Source: Octopus sinensis (Eukaryota). From it: a DNA stretch of 64,000 nucleotides. A model generated the notes under the pieces. That model did no database searches and was not told where the DNA came from. It saw only the letters and a program-made list of their open reading frames with translations. The position numbers and the translations under genes were made by a program. The stretch spans positions 125,054,001-125,118,000 of the forward strand of contig NC_042999.1 of NCBI RefSeq assembly GCF_006345805.1. Reading direction: 5' to 3'. How positions within the stretch are numbered: position 1 is the stretch's first letter; each line of letters starts with the position of its first letter. This document shows, one piece after another, positions 23,901 through 36,705 of the stretch.

Positions 23901-24162
23901 CGGACCTCGTTGCCCATGTGCCGCTGACACGTTAAAATGCTCGAACCGATCGTGACGATGCCGGACCCTCCGGCCCCTGTGCAGGTGGCACGTAAAAAGC
24001 ACCCAATCCACTCACGGAGTGGTTGGCGTTAGGAAGGGCATCCAGCCGTAGAAACTCTGCCAGATTCAGACTGGAGCCTGGTGCGGCCCCTGGCTTCCCA
24101 GACCCGGTCAAACCGTCCAACCCGTGCTAGCGCGGAAAGCGGACGTTAAACGATGATGATGA
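23900..24162 (+). mobile_element. RTE-LINE 3' tail copy with CpGs largely intact
   Basis: ggtggcacgtaaaaagcaccc...gtccaacccgtgctagcgcggaaagcggacgttaaacgatgatgatgat. Confidence 0.88.
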
Positions 24163-24731
24163 TATAACTGTAAAATAAGTTTCTCATCACACATATTCCA
24201 AAAGAATTTACTGATTTCTATCTTGGGTACACAGTTAAAAATTATTCAATGAGGGGGAGAAGGTATAGTTGATTTAACCAAACTCAGTACCTTATTTTAT
24301 TGATTAAAAGAAAAAATGAAGATGAAAAGTTGGCCCCAGTGAATTTAACCTAAAAATATATAAGGATTGTAACTAAATATCCCAAAACTATTTGTCTGAC
24401 ATTCAACTGTTTCTGCCAATTCATTGCCCTTTAAGGAAGAGTTCATAGATTCCTAACACAGGTACAAGGTCACACATTTTGAGGGAGGGAAGAGTCAATT
24501 ATAACAACCCCGGTCCTTGATTGGTGTCTGTTTTATTGACCTTCATTTTTACAAGGATGAAAAAGTTAAATTGACCCTAGTGGAATTCAAAATCAAACAT
24601 AGAAGGTCACAACTAAATACAGCAAAGCAGTTTGGTCAACATTCTACACTTGACCAACTCATTGACCAAGACCCTACTCTTTTAAGAAGGAATATATTAA
24701 AAACAAAATAGTCAGTATAACCATTCAATAC

Positions 24732-24840
24732 CTTCTAAACCAGTCACTGCTATCTTTTTGTCATTACAAAATGCACCATGCCCTTTTCTCGCTTTAAAAA
24801 ATACATCTGTGATTGGGTTATACACAATTCCAATTACTGG
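24732..24840 (-). CDS. IMPA1: IMPase exon (PVIGIVYNPITDVFFKARKGHGAFCNDKKIAVTGLE)
   Basis: ttttcag acceptor, gtattg donor; G.VYNP...A.KG.GAF.N motif; 109 nt. Confidence 0.95.
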
Positions 24841-25125
24841 CTGAAAAAAATAAAATGTTTTTAAAAAATAAACATTTAAATATACATATTGAGTATTTAC
24901 TTTACATTTATTTTTCAAAATATTTGTTTTAGTTTTACTTCCTCTTGTTCCCTAATGGGTAATGTCTTCATTATTTATATTGATATTGATGGAATAAAGC
25001 CTGTTCTGCTGTTGTTAAGTGCCTGACAAATTATCTTAAAGAACAAAATAGCAGAAACTACAGTATTTTGGTTGTATGCTTGAACAGTTTGCTTCACAAC
25101 TATATTGTTTTTAGTTCAGACCCAC

Positions 25126-25500
25126 TACAAGGATTGGCTGAAAAGTTCACAGGCTAACCAAGATACTCTTATGGAATGTAATCAAACTATGTTTATTTTC
25201 CAACATAGTCCCCACTGCAGTCCACAAACCTCTTTCATTGGTGTTGCAGTGCATAGATCCCATTGGTAAAGAAGCCTTCATCCTGTTAGTCAAAAAGGTC
25301 AACAGCAAATATGACATCATCACTGCAACACTATTTCCCCAGCAAAATGTTTTTTTCATGTTAGGGAACAGATGATAATCAGATGTGGCAAAATCCAGTT
25401 CAAAGCCACAGTCATACACAGTAGCTATTGAAACCAAGGACTTGTGTGCTGGAGCATTATCCTGATTGAAACAAGACAGCCCTTAATCATTTTCTGGGTG
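25126..25500 (-). mobile_element. Mariner transposase 3' relic with TIR
   Basis: Reverse translation DFATSDYHLFPNMKK (YSPDLAPSDYHLF motif); TIR tacaaggattggctgaaaagttc at about 25126. Confidence 0.8.
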
Positions 25501-25805
25501 GCTTTGTAAATACTACCCTACCACCAGAATGTAATTATTTGATTGGGGTAAAGTATTGTACATCTTTGAGGTAGTAAATTCTGAAAAATCTAACAATTCT
25601 TGATCATACTTCACTCAATGAAACATTTGCAGACAGCTGTTATTGAACAATATTCAAATACATAGTAATTATTAAGAATAATCTTACATAATGCTATATG
25701 AATATGAACTCAGCAACTTAAAACTGATTTGGGGTACAGAAATGTATGTTGTGATCTACTATTAAAGCCTGTTAAATTCCATCCTAGTGTTATATATATA
25801 ACAGG

Positions 25806-26205
25806 CAAAAGTGTGGCTGAGTGGTAAGAAGCTTGCTTCCCACCCACATGGTTCTGAGTTCAGTCCCACTGTGTGACACCTTGAACAAGTCCCTTCTACT
25901 ATAGCCTCAGGCTGATCAAAGCCTTGTGAATGAATTTGATAGATGGAAACTGAAAGAAGACTATCATATATTTGTATACATATATCTTTCTGTGTGTGTG
26001 TTGTCATGACTGTGTTGGTCCTCCACCACTGCTTGACAACTAGTGTTGACATGTTTACATTCCCGTAACTTAAAGGTTCAGTAGAGAGGCTGATAGAAGA
26101 AGTATTAGGCTTAACAAAAAGTAAGAACTGGGGTTGATTCGTTTGAGTAAAAATTTTTCAAGGCAGTGCCCCAGCATGGCCAGTCTAATGACAGTCAAAG
26201 TAGAA
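25806..26205 (+). mobile_element. SINE family B copy
   Basis: gtgtggctgagtggtaagaagcttgcttccc head through gtgccccagcatggccagtctaatgac tail. Confidence 0.85.
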
Positions 26206-26621
26206 GATAAAATATATAGATATATATACACACACATATATGAGTGAGTGAGGGCACTCAACACATTTATTCGGAGTTACATGTATATAGATCAAAAGAG
26301 TTTGATTCAAACTCCTTTTGCCATACCAAGGAGTTTGAATAAAACTGCTTTAATAGATCAATCTGTCTGTCTAAATGTTTGTTTTTATGTCAAGTTATAA
26401 TAATTATTAAACATTAAGTTGAAGAATTACTAAATACTTTTTAGTAGAATACATGTTTGTTAAATTTACCCCACTTCTTGAAAAAGTGTAATAAACACAC
26501 ACACACACGCAAACACACATACATATATTGAGAAGGAGATAAAAATGCAGGAAAAATATGAAAGAGATTGTCAACATGAAAATTTAACAAAATAAATGAT
26601 GAATGATAAATGTTCTCTTAC

Positions 26622-26667
26622 CTCTTTGTTGACTGTCAGTCCAATAGAAATACATGTGTATGGTATT
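26622..26667 (-). CDS. IMPA1: IMPase 46-nt exon (IPYTCISIGLTVNKE)
   Basis: gaatag acceptor, gtaaga donor; P...ISIG motif following DGTTNFVHR; restores the frame. Not in the ORF track. Confidence 0.93.
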
Positions 26668-27894
26668 CTATTCAGGAATATAAAAAGTTAATTCCAATTA
26701 TGAGTTCACTAATTTAGTAGAAAGAAGAATAATGTTATATACTGGTTATCATTTACCAATTTTCATTGATTTTTTTTTTTAACTAAATATGATTAGATAA
26801 TTCCACACACAGTTGCTCTCACATTCTCACATATATATATTTTCATAGTGCCCACCTAACAAATTGTCTCCATACTAACCAATTCTCCCATACTTCCACA
26901 CTTGCATCTTGGTACAATGAAAGATTAAATTAACCAAAAAAAAACAATATAGAATTTAAGACTATAAGAGAATATAAGACATGAGATACTGGCTATTGGC
27001 AGAGTCACTGGAACATTGGATAGAATTCCTCATGATTTTTGTCCTAACTCTATACCGAACTTCCAGGTGGAGATGTCAATGTCTTATAATAAATCATGAA
27101 ATATTGATTTTGCTATGCATCTACCAAATTCATTTTGCCCATTTATAACTCCCATAAATGCAGCAAGCCAGCAGAATCATTAGCATGCTGGACAAAATGC
27201 TTAGTGACATTTTTTCCAGCTTTACATTCTGTGCCCCTATTCTGCTGAGGTCAATTTTGCCTCTCATCCATTTGGGTGTTAATAAAATACATACCAGTCG
27301 AGTACTGGGGTTGATGTAATAAACTAGGCCCCTTCTTCAAAATTTCAGGCCTTTTGGCTATATTAGGAAGAATTTATAATTCCCATTACTATAAAAAAAA
27401 ATGTTTAATCTCAAGTCAAGTAAAATATGAAACATAGCCAAATGCAGGTCACTTCTTTTATTTTTGACAATCATAATACATCTCACACAAGTATATTCTA
27501 CAAATGACTTGCTAGTAATAGCAGCTAATTTTTTAAAAATCATATCTTAAAACAAGGACATATTCATCATCATCATCATTTAAAGTCCATTTTACATGCT
27601 AGCATGGGTTGGATGGTTCGACCGGTGTCTGGAAAGCCAGAAGGCTGCACCAGGATAATAATATTAGATATGCAAAAAGATGAGATGGTCACAGCTGTAA
27701 TGCTTTTAATCATGAGATAACTCCATCGAGGTTGACTTGTGGTTAAACATCATACTGTAACAACATGTGCTCCACTCACTGAGTGACCATAAAACCAGTC
27801 AGTGAGCACAGTGTTAGCCAACAGGTATGAGGTCAGTCAGTCAGTTAGTAACCAGAATGGTCAGTTAATGTAAGTATAGGAATGTTATACTCAC

Positions 27895-27999
27895 CTATGT
27901 ACAAAGTTAGTAGTCCCATCAATTGGATCAATGATCCATGTTGGATTATTAGTAAACTCAATTTTCTTACCATCAGCTGTGGTTTCTTCTCCAATGACA
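27895..27999 (-). CDS. IMPA1: IMPase exon ([35 protein letters not shown])
   Basis: ttgatag acceptor, gtgagt donor; metal-binding GEE and [12 protein letters not shown] signature; 105 nt. Confidence 0.97.
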
Positions 28000-28479
28000 C
28001 TATCAAAAAATATAAAAAAAGAAGGATGTTTATATAGAGTTACCACTGGTATGAGAGGTATGAAGAGCCTCTGATAATATATTAATTGTGTGTGGTATGT
28101 TAGAGTACAAAGTAGTATGAATGATATTGAATAACAGCTGGTACTGAATAGTGTAGCATGTAAGTGCATGCATGGCATACAGGTGCAGTTGTGGCTGTGT
28201 GATTGAGAAGTTTGTTACCTAAACACATGGTTTCAGGTTCAGTCCCACTGCTTGGCACCTCAGGCCAACCAAAATCTCATGACTGGATTTGGTAGACAGA
28301 AACCAAAAGAAACATGCCATATTTTTTTGTGTGTGTGTGTGTGTGTGTGAGTGCCGGTATCTCCTTATTTCATTATTATCATCATCCTTCAACTTGGATG
28401 AATAACTGGTCAATTGTACAATTTATCTTTTTTGGCTGCTGAATACAAACTGTGTTCTATGAAACCTCCATTTGGGTGA

Positions 28480-28668
28480 TTTTCCTGAGTCACCATCTTA
28501 CCCTTATACACCAATCCATCACAAGGTTGCCCATTTACTGCTGAGTGGACCAAAGCAACATGAAATGAGGTGATTTGCTCGAGAACACAACGCACAGCTG
28601 GTCTGGGAATCAAACACATGATCTTGTAATCATGAGTGCAACACACTGACCATGAGGCCACATGGCTT
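28480..28668 (-). mobile_element. tRNA-headed SINE, family C (ttgctccagtccactcagc core)
   Basis: Same family as 40218-40466 (-), 55590-55735 (+) and 61196-61330 (+). Confidence 0.7.
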
Positions 28669-29111
28669 CAAACATTAAATGGGAGGCTACTGACTCCCCT
28701 GAGTTCCACTACCCTTTGACAGGTTTCATACTCTGGCTTGCAGGATGTCCAATAAATCATCCTCCGCACTTGGTGAAGTTACTAGTTTAGTTGCCAATGA
28801 CCTGATCATGTGACAGATTATTACTGGGTTACATGTTACCAGTAGCACTCAAGAGACATCATGTGATAGTTGTAAATGGAATGCAAATGACTAGAAGACT
28901 TAGTTGTAAATGAGTATTACTGTTTTACAAGTAGTGTCATTCATTTCCAATGGTCTGAGAAAACATGTCTAACCATGGGTTTTGCTGACAGAAATGGCAT
29001 CTGACTGTAGAAAATCTGTTTCAATAAACTCTGTCCAACACATGCAAGCATAGAAAAGTGAATGTGAAAATAATGATGATGGTGACAATGATAATAAAAT
29101 ATGTAGCATGT

Positions 29112-29992
29112 ATTCCTCTTGTGACACCTGTGAAGACCGGTTGAGGCAAGTGAAAATCAAATCAAATCAAATCAAATCAAAATAGACAAATAGATGAACA
29201 TCAATGGAATTTGTATCTTGTGGTACCAGTGCCTGTGGCACACAAGAAATCCATCAGTGCTGTAGTCAGTGCGGTGGGCACATGACAAACCCCATCCGAT
29301 CGTGGCCGTTCACCAGCCTCGTCTAGCACCTGTGTCGGTGGCACATAAAAACACCATCCGAAGACCCGGCAAGACTAGTCAGGCCATAACCCATGGCCCC
29401 TACCTGGGACGTAGTCAGTCCACCTGTGCATACCTTCCTTCTTGTGACACTTGTGAAGACCTGTTGAGGCAAGTGAAAATCAATCAAAACAAATCAAAAT
29501 AGATGAACATCAATGGAATTTGTATCCTTGTGGTACCAGTGCCGGTGGCACGTGGCACACAAAAACCATCCGAACGTGGCCGTAGCCAGTACCGCATCGA
29601 CTGGCCTCCGTGCTGTGGGCACGTAACAAGCACCATCCGATCGTGGCCGTTTTGCCAGCCTCATCTGGCACCTGTGTCGGTGGCACATAAAAACACCATC
29701 CGAGCGTGGCCGTCTGCCAGCCTCGTCTGGCACCTGTGTCGGTGGCACATAAAAACACCATCCGAGCGTGGCTGTTTGCCAGCCTCGTCTGGCACCTGTG
29801 TCGGTGGCACATAAAATCACCCACTACACTCTCGGAGTGGTTGGCGTTAGGAAGGGCATCCAGCTGTAGAAACACTGCCAGATCTGACTGGACTGGTGCA
29901 GCTTTCGGGCTCCCCAGACCCCAGTTGAACCGTCCAACCCATGCTAGCATGGAAAGCGGACGTTAAATGATGATGATGATGATGATGATGAT
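29112..29992 (+). mobile_element. Two tandem 5'-truncated copies of the RTE LINE 3' end, with a ~62-bp 3'UTR VNTR
   Basis: cttgtgacac.tgtgaagacc.gttgaggcaagtgaaaatcaa occurs at about 29117 and 29439; matches the reverse complement of 41643-42215; ends in (GAT)n. Confidence 0.9.
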
Positions 29993-30119
29993 GTACAGTA
30001 CAATAGTGAATAACAGGTTCAGCTAATCAAAGCCTCATAAGTGGATGTGGTAGATGAAAACAGAATGAAGCCTGTTGCATGTGTGTGTGTAACTGAACAC
30101 AAAAATAAACATTAATATA

Positions 30120-31183
30120 TGAGGGAGAGTTAAAAATGATACACACTCTTGTTTTTTCAATATATACACATAAAAGAAGGGGATAAACAATTACATCATT
30201 TTTCTATATAGTCTCTTTCTTTTTCGATGCACTTGGTCCAGTGGTCCACAAGCTTACATATTCCCTCCAAGAACAAAGCTTTCAGTTGGTCATGCAACCA
30301 TTTATGTACTGCTTCCTTCACATCTTCATCCGTGGGAAATTGACAACCTCATAAGTCATTTTTGAGTGATCCAAAGATATGATACTTAGCAGCGGCAAGA
30401 CCTGGGCTGTAGACAGTGTATTCCAGCAACTCAAAACCCAATTGGTTAATGGTTTCAACAGTCTGAGCGGCTGTGTGTGGGTGTGTAATCAGTGCTAATT
30501 GCTGGCTTCAGTTTGTTGGCCAGCAAAACACTGTATCTTACACTGTTGATCATATACCCCTTTTCCAGGTAGTCTTCCAGTATAGGCCCTTTTGAATCCC
30601 AAAAAGGGTTAGCATCAACTTTTCTATGGAAGACTGAGTCTTGAATTTCTTCATCATTAGCAAGCCAGGATGTTTTTACTCCTTACTTTGTCTTTTGGAT
30701 TCTCTCTCATAATGATGAACCCATATTCGATCTCCTGTGACTATTCTCCTCAAAAATTCCTTGCATACATTGTTTTAGTGATCAAGTAAATGTTGGCAGA
30801 CCTCAAGACGTTTGCACTTGTGCTCTGCAGTGAGATCTCTTGGCACCCATCATGCACAGACTTAATGGAAACTGAGCTCATTATGGATGATTTGATAGGC
30901 AGAACCATGACTAATCTGCAGATGATAACTTGCCAGTTCACCATTACCATGTTTCAACCTGAGAAATTGGATCACTGCTCTTTGTTCTTCTTTGGTGTAC
31001 ATTGCTAGTGGAGTGGCCATGCTTACACTGTAAAGCCAGAAAGAAAAAATGGCATGATCAGGCTTAACCTTTGGCTACATGACCACAATAGAACCAACTA
31101 TAAGCATGCATGCACAGAAAGTGGTGTGACAATAATAAAGATATATTATGGTGAAAGTGTAGATAATTTTTGACTTCCCCTCG
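30120..31183 (-). mobile_element. Internally deleted mariner DNA transposon with both TIRs and TA flanks
   Basis: TA|tgagggagagttaaaaatgat ... gataatttttgacttcccctcg|TA; N-terminal MATPLAMYTKEEQRAVIQF (ATG 31020) and C-terminal HTAAQTVETINQLGFELL..YSPGLA...KCIEKERDYIEK*; stops and frameshifts present. Confidence 0.88.
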
Positions 31184-32719
31184 TATATATATTCATATAG
31201 ATTGATAGATTTATATATATATAGATATGTGTATGCGTGCGTTTGTGAACATTTGTGCTTCTTTGAAAATTGTTCAGCTATGGATGGTGTGATATACATG
31301 TGACAAGCTTCTTCAGTTTTCATCAATCAAATCCACTTACAAGGCTTTAGTCAGCTGAGAAGTGTTTGAGAAGTAAACTTCTTAGTCATTCATCACTGGC
31401 TTTGTAACTTTAAGGAAATATGGAATAAGATATATGATAATTTGAAAACAGATAAAAGTTATCAATAGGAAGGACATTCAGTTGTAAAACAACATCTCAA
31501 TAATATATGCATATAATCCATGACAGCATAGGAAAACAGACATAAAAATGAATGAATGAAACAATGTATATTTAGGATCAGTAGTGTAGTACTAAAATAA
31601 GAAGCGAATGCAATTTAAAAGTGTTATTCAGATGTGGGGAGAGAGCAATGCAAGCACAGTGCACCCATATAGTTGGTGTTGTTATGAAAAGCAATATAAG
31701 CTTTTTGGGAAAATTTTTTATCAAACTGATTTCAGTGGTAGGTGAAAAGAGGTGTAGGTGGAAGCTTCAACATTAGGGACACTATCAGTGCATGTCTGAC
31801 CCTTGCACAGATCTAATCAAAATAGGTTGCAATTTTCTTTACAGTTGATCCCATAGTGTCAGAGAGATATTGTGACAAATGGACAAGCTGAGGTTTCCCT
31901 ATGTTGTACTATACATGCCAGCAACATTTTTTTACCCCTCAATTTTAATACCAAACCCTGCTTCATAATGGTGATATGTAGCTGATCATGATTCCACATG
32001 CCAGAAGCAATATAGCCTATTAAATACATTTTAAAATTTATTTTGGTTTACCTTGAACCTTTGTATTTGGAGAAAATTTTAACAGAATTTCCAAACTGGA
32101 TTCACCAGGACATCTTTGGATTTTGCTATTCTTACATGTGTATCAGTTGCTGAATGATGACACTTAAACCATTTGAGTAAATAATTGTTAGCTTTCCAAA
32201 TTACACCATTTAATTCTTGCAAATGCAATGAATCAAAATGGTCAATGTACAGTTTATCAATTTTGTAGTTCTAAATATTTTGCAGGTATTCACTACTTCA
32301 GATTTATTAAAATGATCCAAAGTAGTTTCAAGTTGTTCCCTTGCAATAACATTTAGTTAAAAGATTTTTTTACGATTATGAAATTTGCATATTTTTCTTC
32401 AAGTTATATATACGCATTTTCATGTATGTGTGTGTGTGTGTGTGTTCCCTTATTCTTTTACTTGCTTCAGTCATTTGACAGCAGCCATGCATGTGTGTGT
32501 ACTATATATATATATACAAATACCAGCTTGGTACCTGGCACAAATAAGACCACAAAAAAAATTCAGTATGAAAGGGAATCAAAAAAGGACAACCATACTG
32601 CATTGTTCATCATGCAAGTCAACGAGGGATGTGCTTGAGTCTTAAGTAGAGTTGGCGTCTATTTTAAAAGTACATTGCTGTCTCCATCCAATGCTAATGT
32701 AATCAGCAATAAGCCTGCA

Positions 32720-33110
32720 TCTTATTCTGGGAGTCATGAGAATAAAAGGATGCATGTACCAGGACCCTGAAGCAAGTACGGGAAGGAACAACCATTAATG
32801 ATTGGGAATTGGAATGTCACAACCTTTTCAGTAAAGAGCAGGAACTAGTGGAGGAGACTGAAAACTACTAGATAGATATATTTGGTGACTTCTCTTAGAA
32901 GGTTCTGTGGCTATGGTACCATAGATTTGGATAGAGGGTGGAAATTCCACTATGCTGGAGTGATGCAACTATATCTGCATAGTTGGTCACACTTGAGAAT
33001 TCATCCAGGAAATTTAATGATAGTTGCTTCTGATAGGACCCTATGGAGGAGGTGTCTAATGCCTCTACTCTAATGATCCTCCCAGGAATAGTGGGCAGAA
33101 AATATTCATG
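32720..33110 (+). mobile_element. RTE/Expander-like relic joining the endonuclease N-terminus to the 3' end
   Basis: IGNWNVTT...KEQELVEE and GTIDLDRGWKFHYAGV resemble an APE N-terminus; the 3' part matches 9730-9880. Confidence 0.55.
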
Positions 33111-33754
33111 GATAGGTAGAATACACACACATGTATGCATATATGCATATGAATGGAGGGTGTTTGATATTGAACATACATTTTCCTCTGTGTATATGAG
33201 TATACATATTTATTTATATATATATATATGCATACACATACATACACACACGCACACACGTTTTTGTGGCATGCGCGCATGTGCGTGTGTGTGTGTGTGT
33301 ATGTGAACGTGGGAAAATGCCATTTCGGCATACAAACAACATACCTTTATGTGAAAGACTACAATACTGAAAACTCAAACAAAACAGGAACAATAGCAGC
33401 AGCAACAATAATAATGGGAATCTTAAGTTTTTTACAACCCATGTCTCCAATTTTGGAAGGATATGTTTTCAGTTTATAAGCAAGCATTACCTTGGTAATT
33501 CAGTGATTCACCCAAAGCAAAAGAGATGGAAATTCTCAATGCATTAGACAGTTTTAAACTTGAATTTCTTTGAAATAGTGAGGCAACACCATTCCCACTC
33601 TCCAAAAAAGTAAGGGAACACCATTCTCATACGTTCCTACAGGACTACACCACTATTTAGAAATCAAAATGCTCCTTTCTGGTTTTTTCACTTCGTCATA
33701 TGATTAAGATATGTGACATTTAAGGGAGATAATTCTTTTACCACAGTATCTTAC

Positions 33755-33888
33755 CTATGTCCTGGATAATGTTTTTTTATCTCTTTAGTAAAAAATTTCT
33801 CCACATTTTGATCTGTTTCAGTAACAAGATCAGCATAGGAGGCTTTTGTTGTCACTTTTTTGTCTCGGTAAAAACATTCTTTAATCAT
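33755..33888 (-). CDS. IMPA1: IMPase exon (MIKECFYRDKKVTTKASYADLVTETDQNVEKFFTKEIKKHYPGHS)
   Basis: atttcag acceptor, gtaaga donor; K...DLVTETD..VE motif; 134 nt. Not in the ORF track. Confidence 0.96.
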
Positions 33889-34539
33889 CTGAAATAGAAA
33901 ATATATCAGCTGTCAGTATTTTACAAGAGAGAACATATTTTGGTCATCAGGACAGCACCTGTTAAATTTAATTCCAGTGAATCAGAAACTGAGCAAGGGA
34001 TTCTACATTTATTTTTATCAAGATTCCAAGAATTTATTGTTTAACATATTTGTATATTTACATGAATGTTTCACTATATTTGTAAATTTTTCTGAAGTTG
34101 TTCAAGCAGTTGAATTACTTTCCTTACATTGACCAGTTAATAGTGAGAATAATCATAAATTTTTGTTAGTTTTGACAAATAACATACATTTTTAATGGTA
34201 AATTGCAAACAATACTGGTGACAGATTTTAAATTCATGTATTTTTAATCCATAGTCTATTTAACTATCCGATTTCAAGTGCTAAAAATGAGATTAAATTT
34301 TCAATCAACTTTTATTATTTGTTTTTTTAGTATCAGCAGAAAATAAAAATTGTAAACTGACAAACAATAATTCTTTGGAAGAAAAAATCAATTAGAGAAA
34401 ATTTTGTTTTATCCATTAACCTTTTTGTTATCATATTTCTGTTGAAAGTCATTGCTTTTGTTCCAATTAATTTTGAAAATAAAGTATTTGCTAAAATATA
34501 TTTAACATTGCATAATCAGCCCACTCAAAAGTTCCTTGG

Positions 34540-34958
34540 ATCATAGGGTGACATGACATGCTTGAGGAGACCTATTGAGTCAAGTACATCAAAATCAAAT
34601 CAAATCACATTCAAATGGAAATTGTAGTTGTGATCCCCGTGCCGGTGGCACATAATAAACACCACTTGAACATGGCCAATCCCAGCGCTGCCTTGGCTGG
34701 CTTCCATGCCGGTGGCATATAAAAATCACCGTCTGACCATAGTCGATGCCAGCCCTCTCTGGCTCCTGTGCCAGAGGCACATAAAAAAGCACCCACTACA
34801 CTCTTGGAGTGGTTGGCTTTAGGAACACCATCCAGCTGTAGAAACACTGCCAGATCAGACTGGAGCCTGGTGCAGCCTTCTGGCTTCCCAGAACCCGGTT
34901 GAACCGTCCAACCCATGCCAGCATGGAAAACGAACGTTAAACGATGATGATGATGATG
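34540..34958 (+). mobile_element. RTE-LINE 3' end copy (related subfamily)
   Basis: aaatcaaatc spacer, gtgccggtggcac motifs and the standard tail ending in (GAT)n. Confidence 0.85.
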
Positions 34959-35446
34959 TGATATTTGACATCATTAAGTAGGTGTTTCAGATTTAAATTA
35001 ACACAAACTAGTAAAGCATCTTATAAACAAAGATACTGCCTGTGATTGTAGTTAATATGCTGTTAGTATCACTACAATTATGAAGGTGGGTGGTCAAGGG
35101 TTCAAATCCAGGCCTAAGTTTGTCCTTGAGTGAAGTATTTCATTTCACATTGTATCAATCTAACTTCAATAAAGTTGAGTACCAGCCAAGAGCTGGTGCA
35201 ACCCTTTTTCCCATCCAGCTATCACATCCTCAATGTTTTGCTGAGTCAAGGAGTGGGAGGGTCAATAGAGTGTCTTTGTCTGCTCACTAACTACATAGGC
35301 ACCTAAAAAGCAATTAGTAAAAATATGTTACAAGCTACCGTTGCCATCACATGCTTGAAAGTGATAGCTATGGTCTGCTTTTTTATCACTACAATTAACA
35401 CTGATATCAATTTTACTACAAAATTTGTAGACAGCTTCATACTTAC

Positions 35447-35527
35447 ATGGCCACATTCTTTTGCAAGCTGAATCCCTGTTTCATAAATTTCACACAGTTC
35501 TTCTTCGCTCAAAGTAATATTTGCCAT
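35447..35527 (-). CDS. IMPA1: IMPase first coding exon (MANITLSEEELCEIYETGIQLAKECGH)
   Basis: ATG 35527; gtaagt donor at 35446; an acceptor atttccag upstream (exon starting 35552) implies a further non-coding exon. The eight exons sum to 840 nt in frame. IMPA1 versus IMPA2 orthology is not resolved. Confidence 0.9.
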
Positions 35528-36705
35528 AGTTTAAAGTAGAAGACAAATCAACCTGGAAATAATCAACAAAAAGATAGATTATAAACTTTCAAATTAAAAA
35601 ATATGAAACACAAAATTAGGAATGACATAGTTTCTTTGTTAAAAAAACAAAACATAGCAAGTTCATTGTTAAACTTTGAAAGTACAAATACACCTAACTT
35701 TCAAGATGCAAAATATCTTGCCATCATATATCCTTTTATTATTTACTTGTTTTAGTTGTTAGATTGCAGCCATGCTGGAGCACCACCTTGGAGGGTTTAG
35801 TCAAACAAATTGACTCCAGTACTAATTTTGTTGGTCTCTTTTTGCTGAACCATTTAGTTACAGCCATGTCTGACCTATACACCCAAAATATGGAACTCAT
35901 TGCTTTTGACTATCAGAAAATCTCAGGCTCCAAAAAAAGAAAGCTAAAAAAAATCTTACTTTATTCAAGATTTTGAGTATTATTTTTAATCCTCTAGCAC
36001 TCAGATTACTGTGTGAAATCTTATGCTCATTTATCCACATTGCATTGAAATAATCATGCATTATCTCATACCTTTGAGATTTCAATGATGTGTTTGTTTA
36101 CCTTTGGAACGACATTGTAGAAAGTGTGAGAGGCAGCATGTGGCTGATTTAAACATAAAACAAGTAGAATATTTGGGTCAGATATGGTCAGTTTAAATAC
36201 TACGAAGCTATCCAAAAAGGAAAGTGTATATCCTAAAAACTACCACTTCAGAGGAAATTTCTTGTTTGAGATTCCAATTGTACATCTAATGCTTGCAGTC
36301 ACTATCAGCACAATATCAAGTTCCCGTACCTTTGTTTCATTACTGAAAACAGTACAAATAAAAGCTTTAGCAATAATTATGTTCACTCACTTAACACTAA
36401 ATAAAAGCCACACTTAAATCATGCTAAATCACTTAGTATTTAATTTTAACTGACCTGCTTTCAACTCATTGTTAGATTGCTGAAGTTTAAACAAGTAAAA
36501 ACAAAGAAATGAAAAATAGTCATTCTAAAAGCAGACTATTCTAACTGGCGGTGGCCTGGGTTAGAAGAAATTATATAGTGAAGTTCAAAAATTTGGATAA
36601 GCTGGTTTGCTGAGAGACATAGCAGGATCTGATATTGTCCCATTATCTGAAAGTGAATTTCAGTTTAGCTAATACAGTTCTATATTTAAGAGATGGGGAA
36701 TTATG

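Noticed and set aside
29573-29820. Regularly spaced 62-bp repeats superficially like a CRISPR array
   Set aside because: Units are full tandem copies without unique spacers, lie in a eukaryotic LINE 3'UTR, and no cas genes are present.
32051-32160. Open frame on the - strand ending at a gtaaac donor between IMPA1 exons
   Set aside because: The IMPA1 CDS is complete without it; no clear acceptor or homology.
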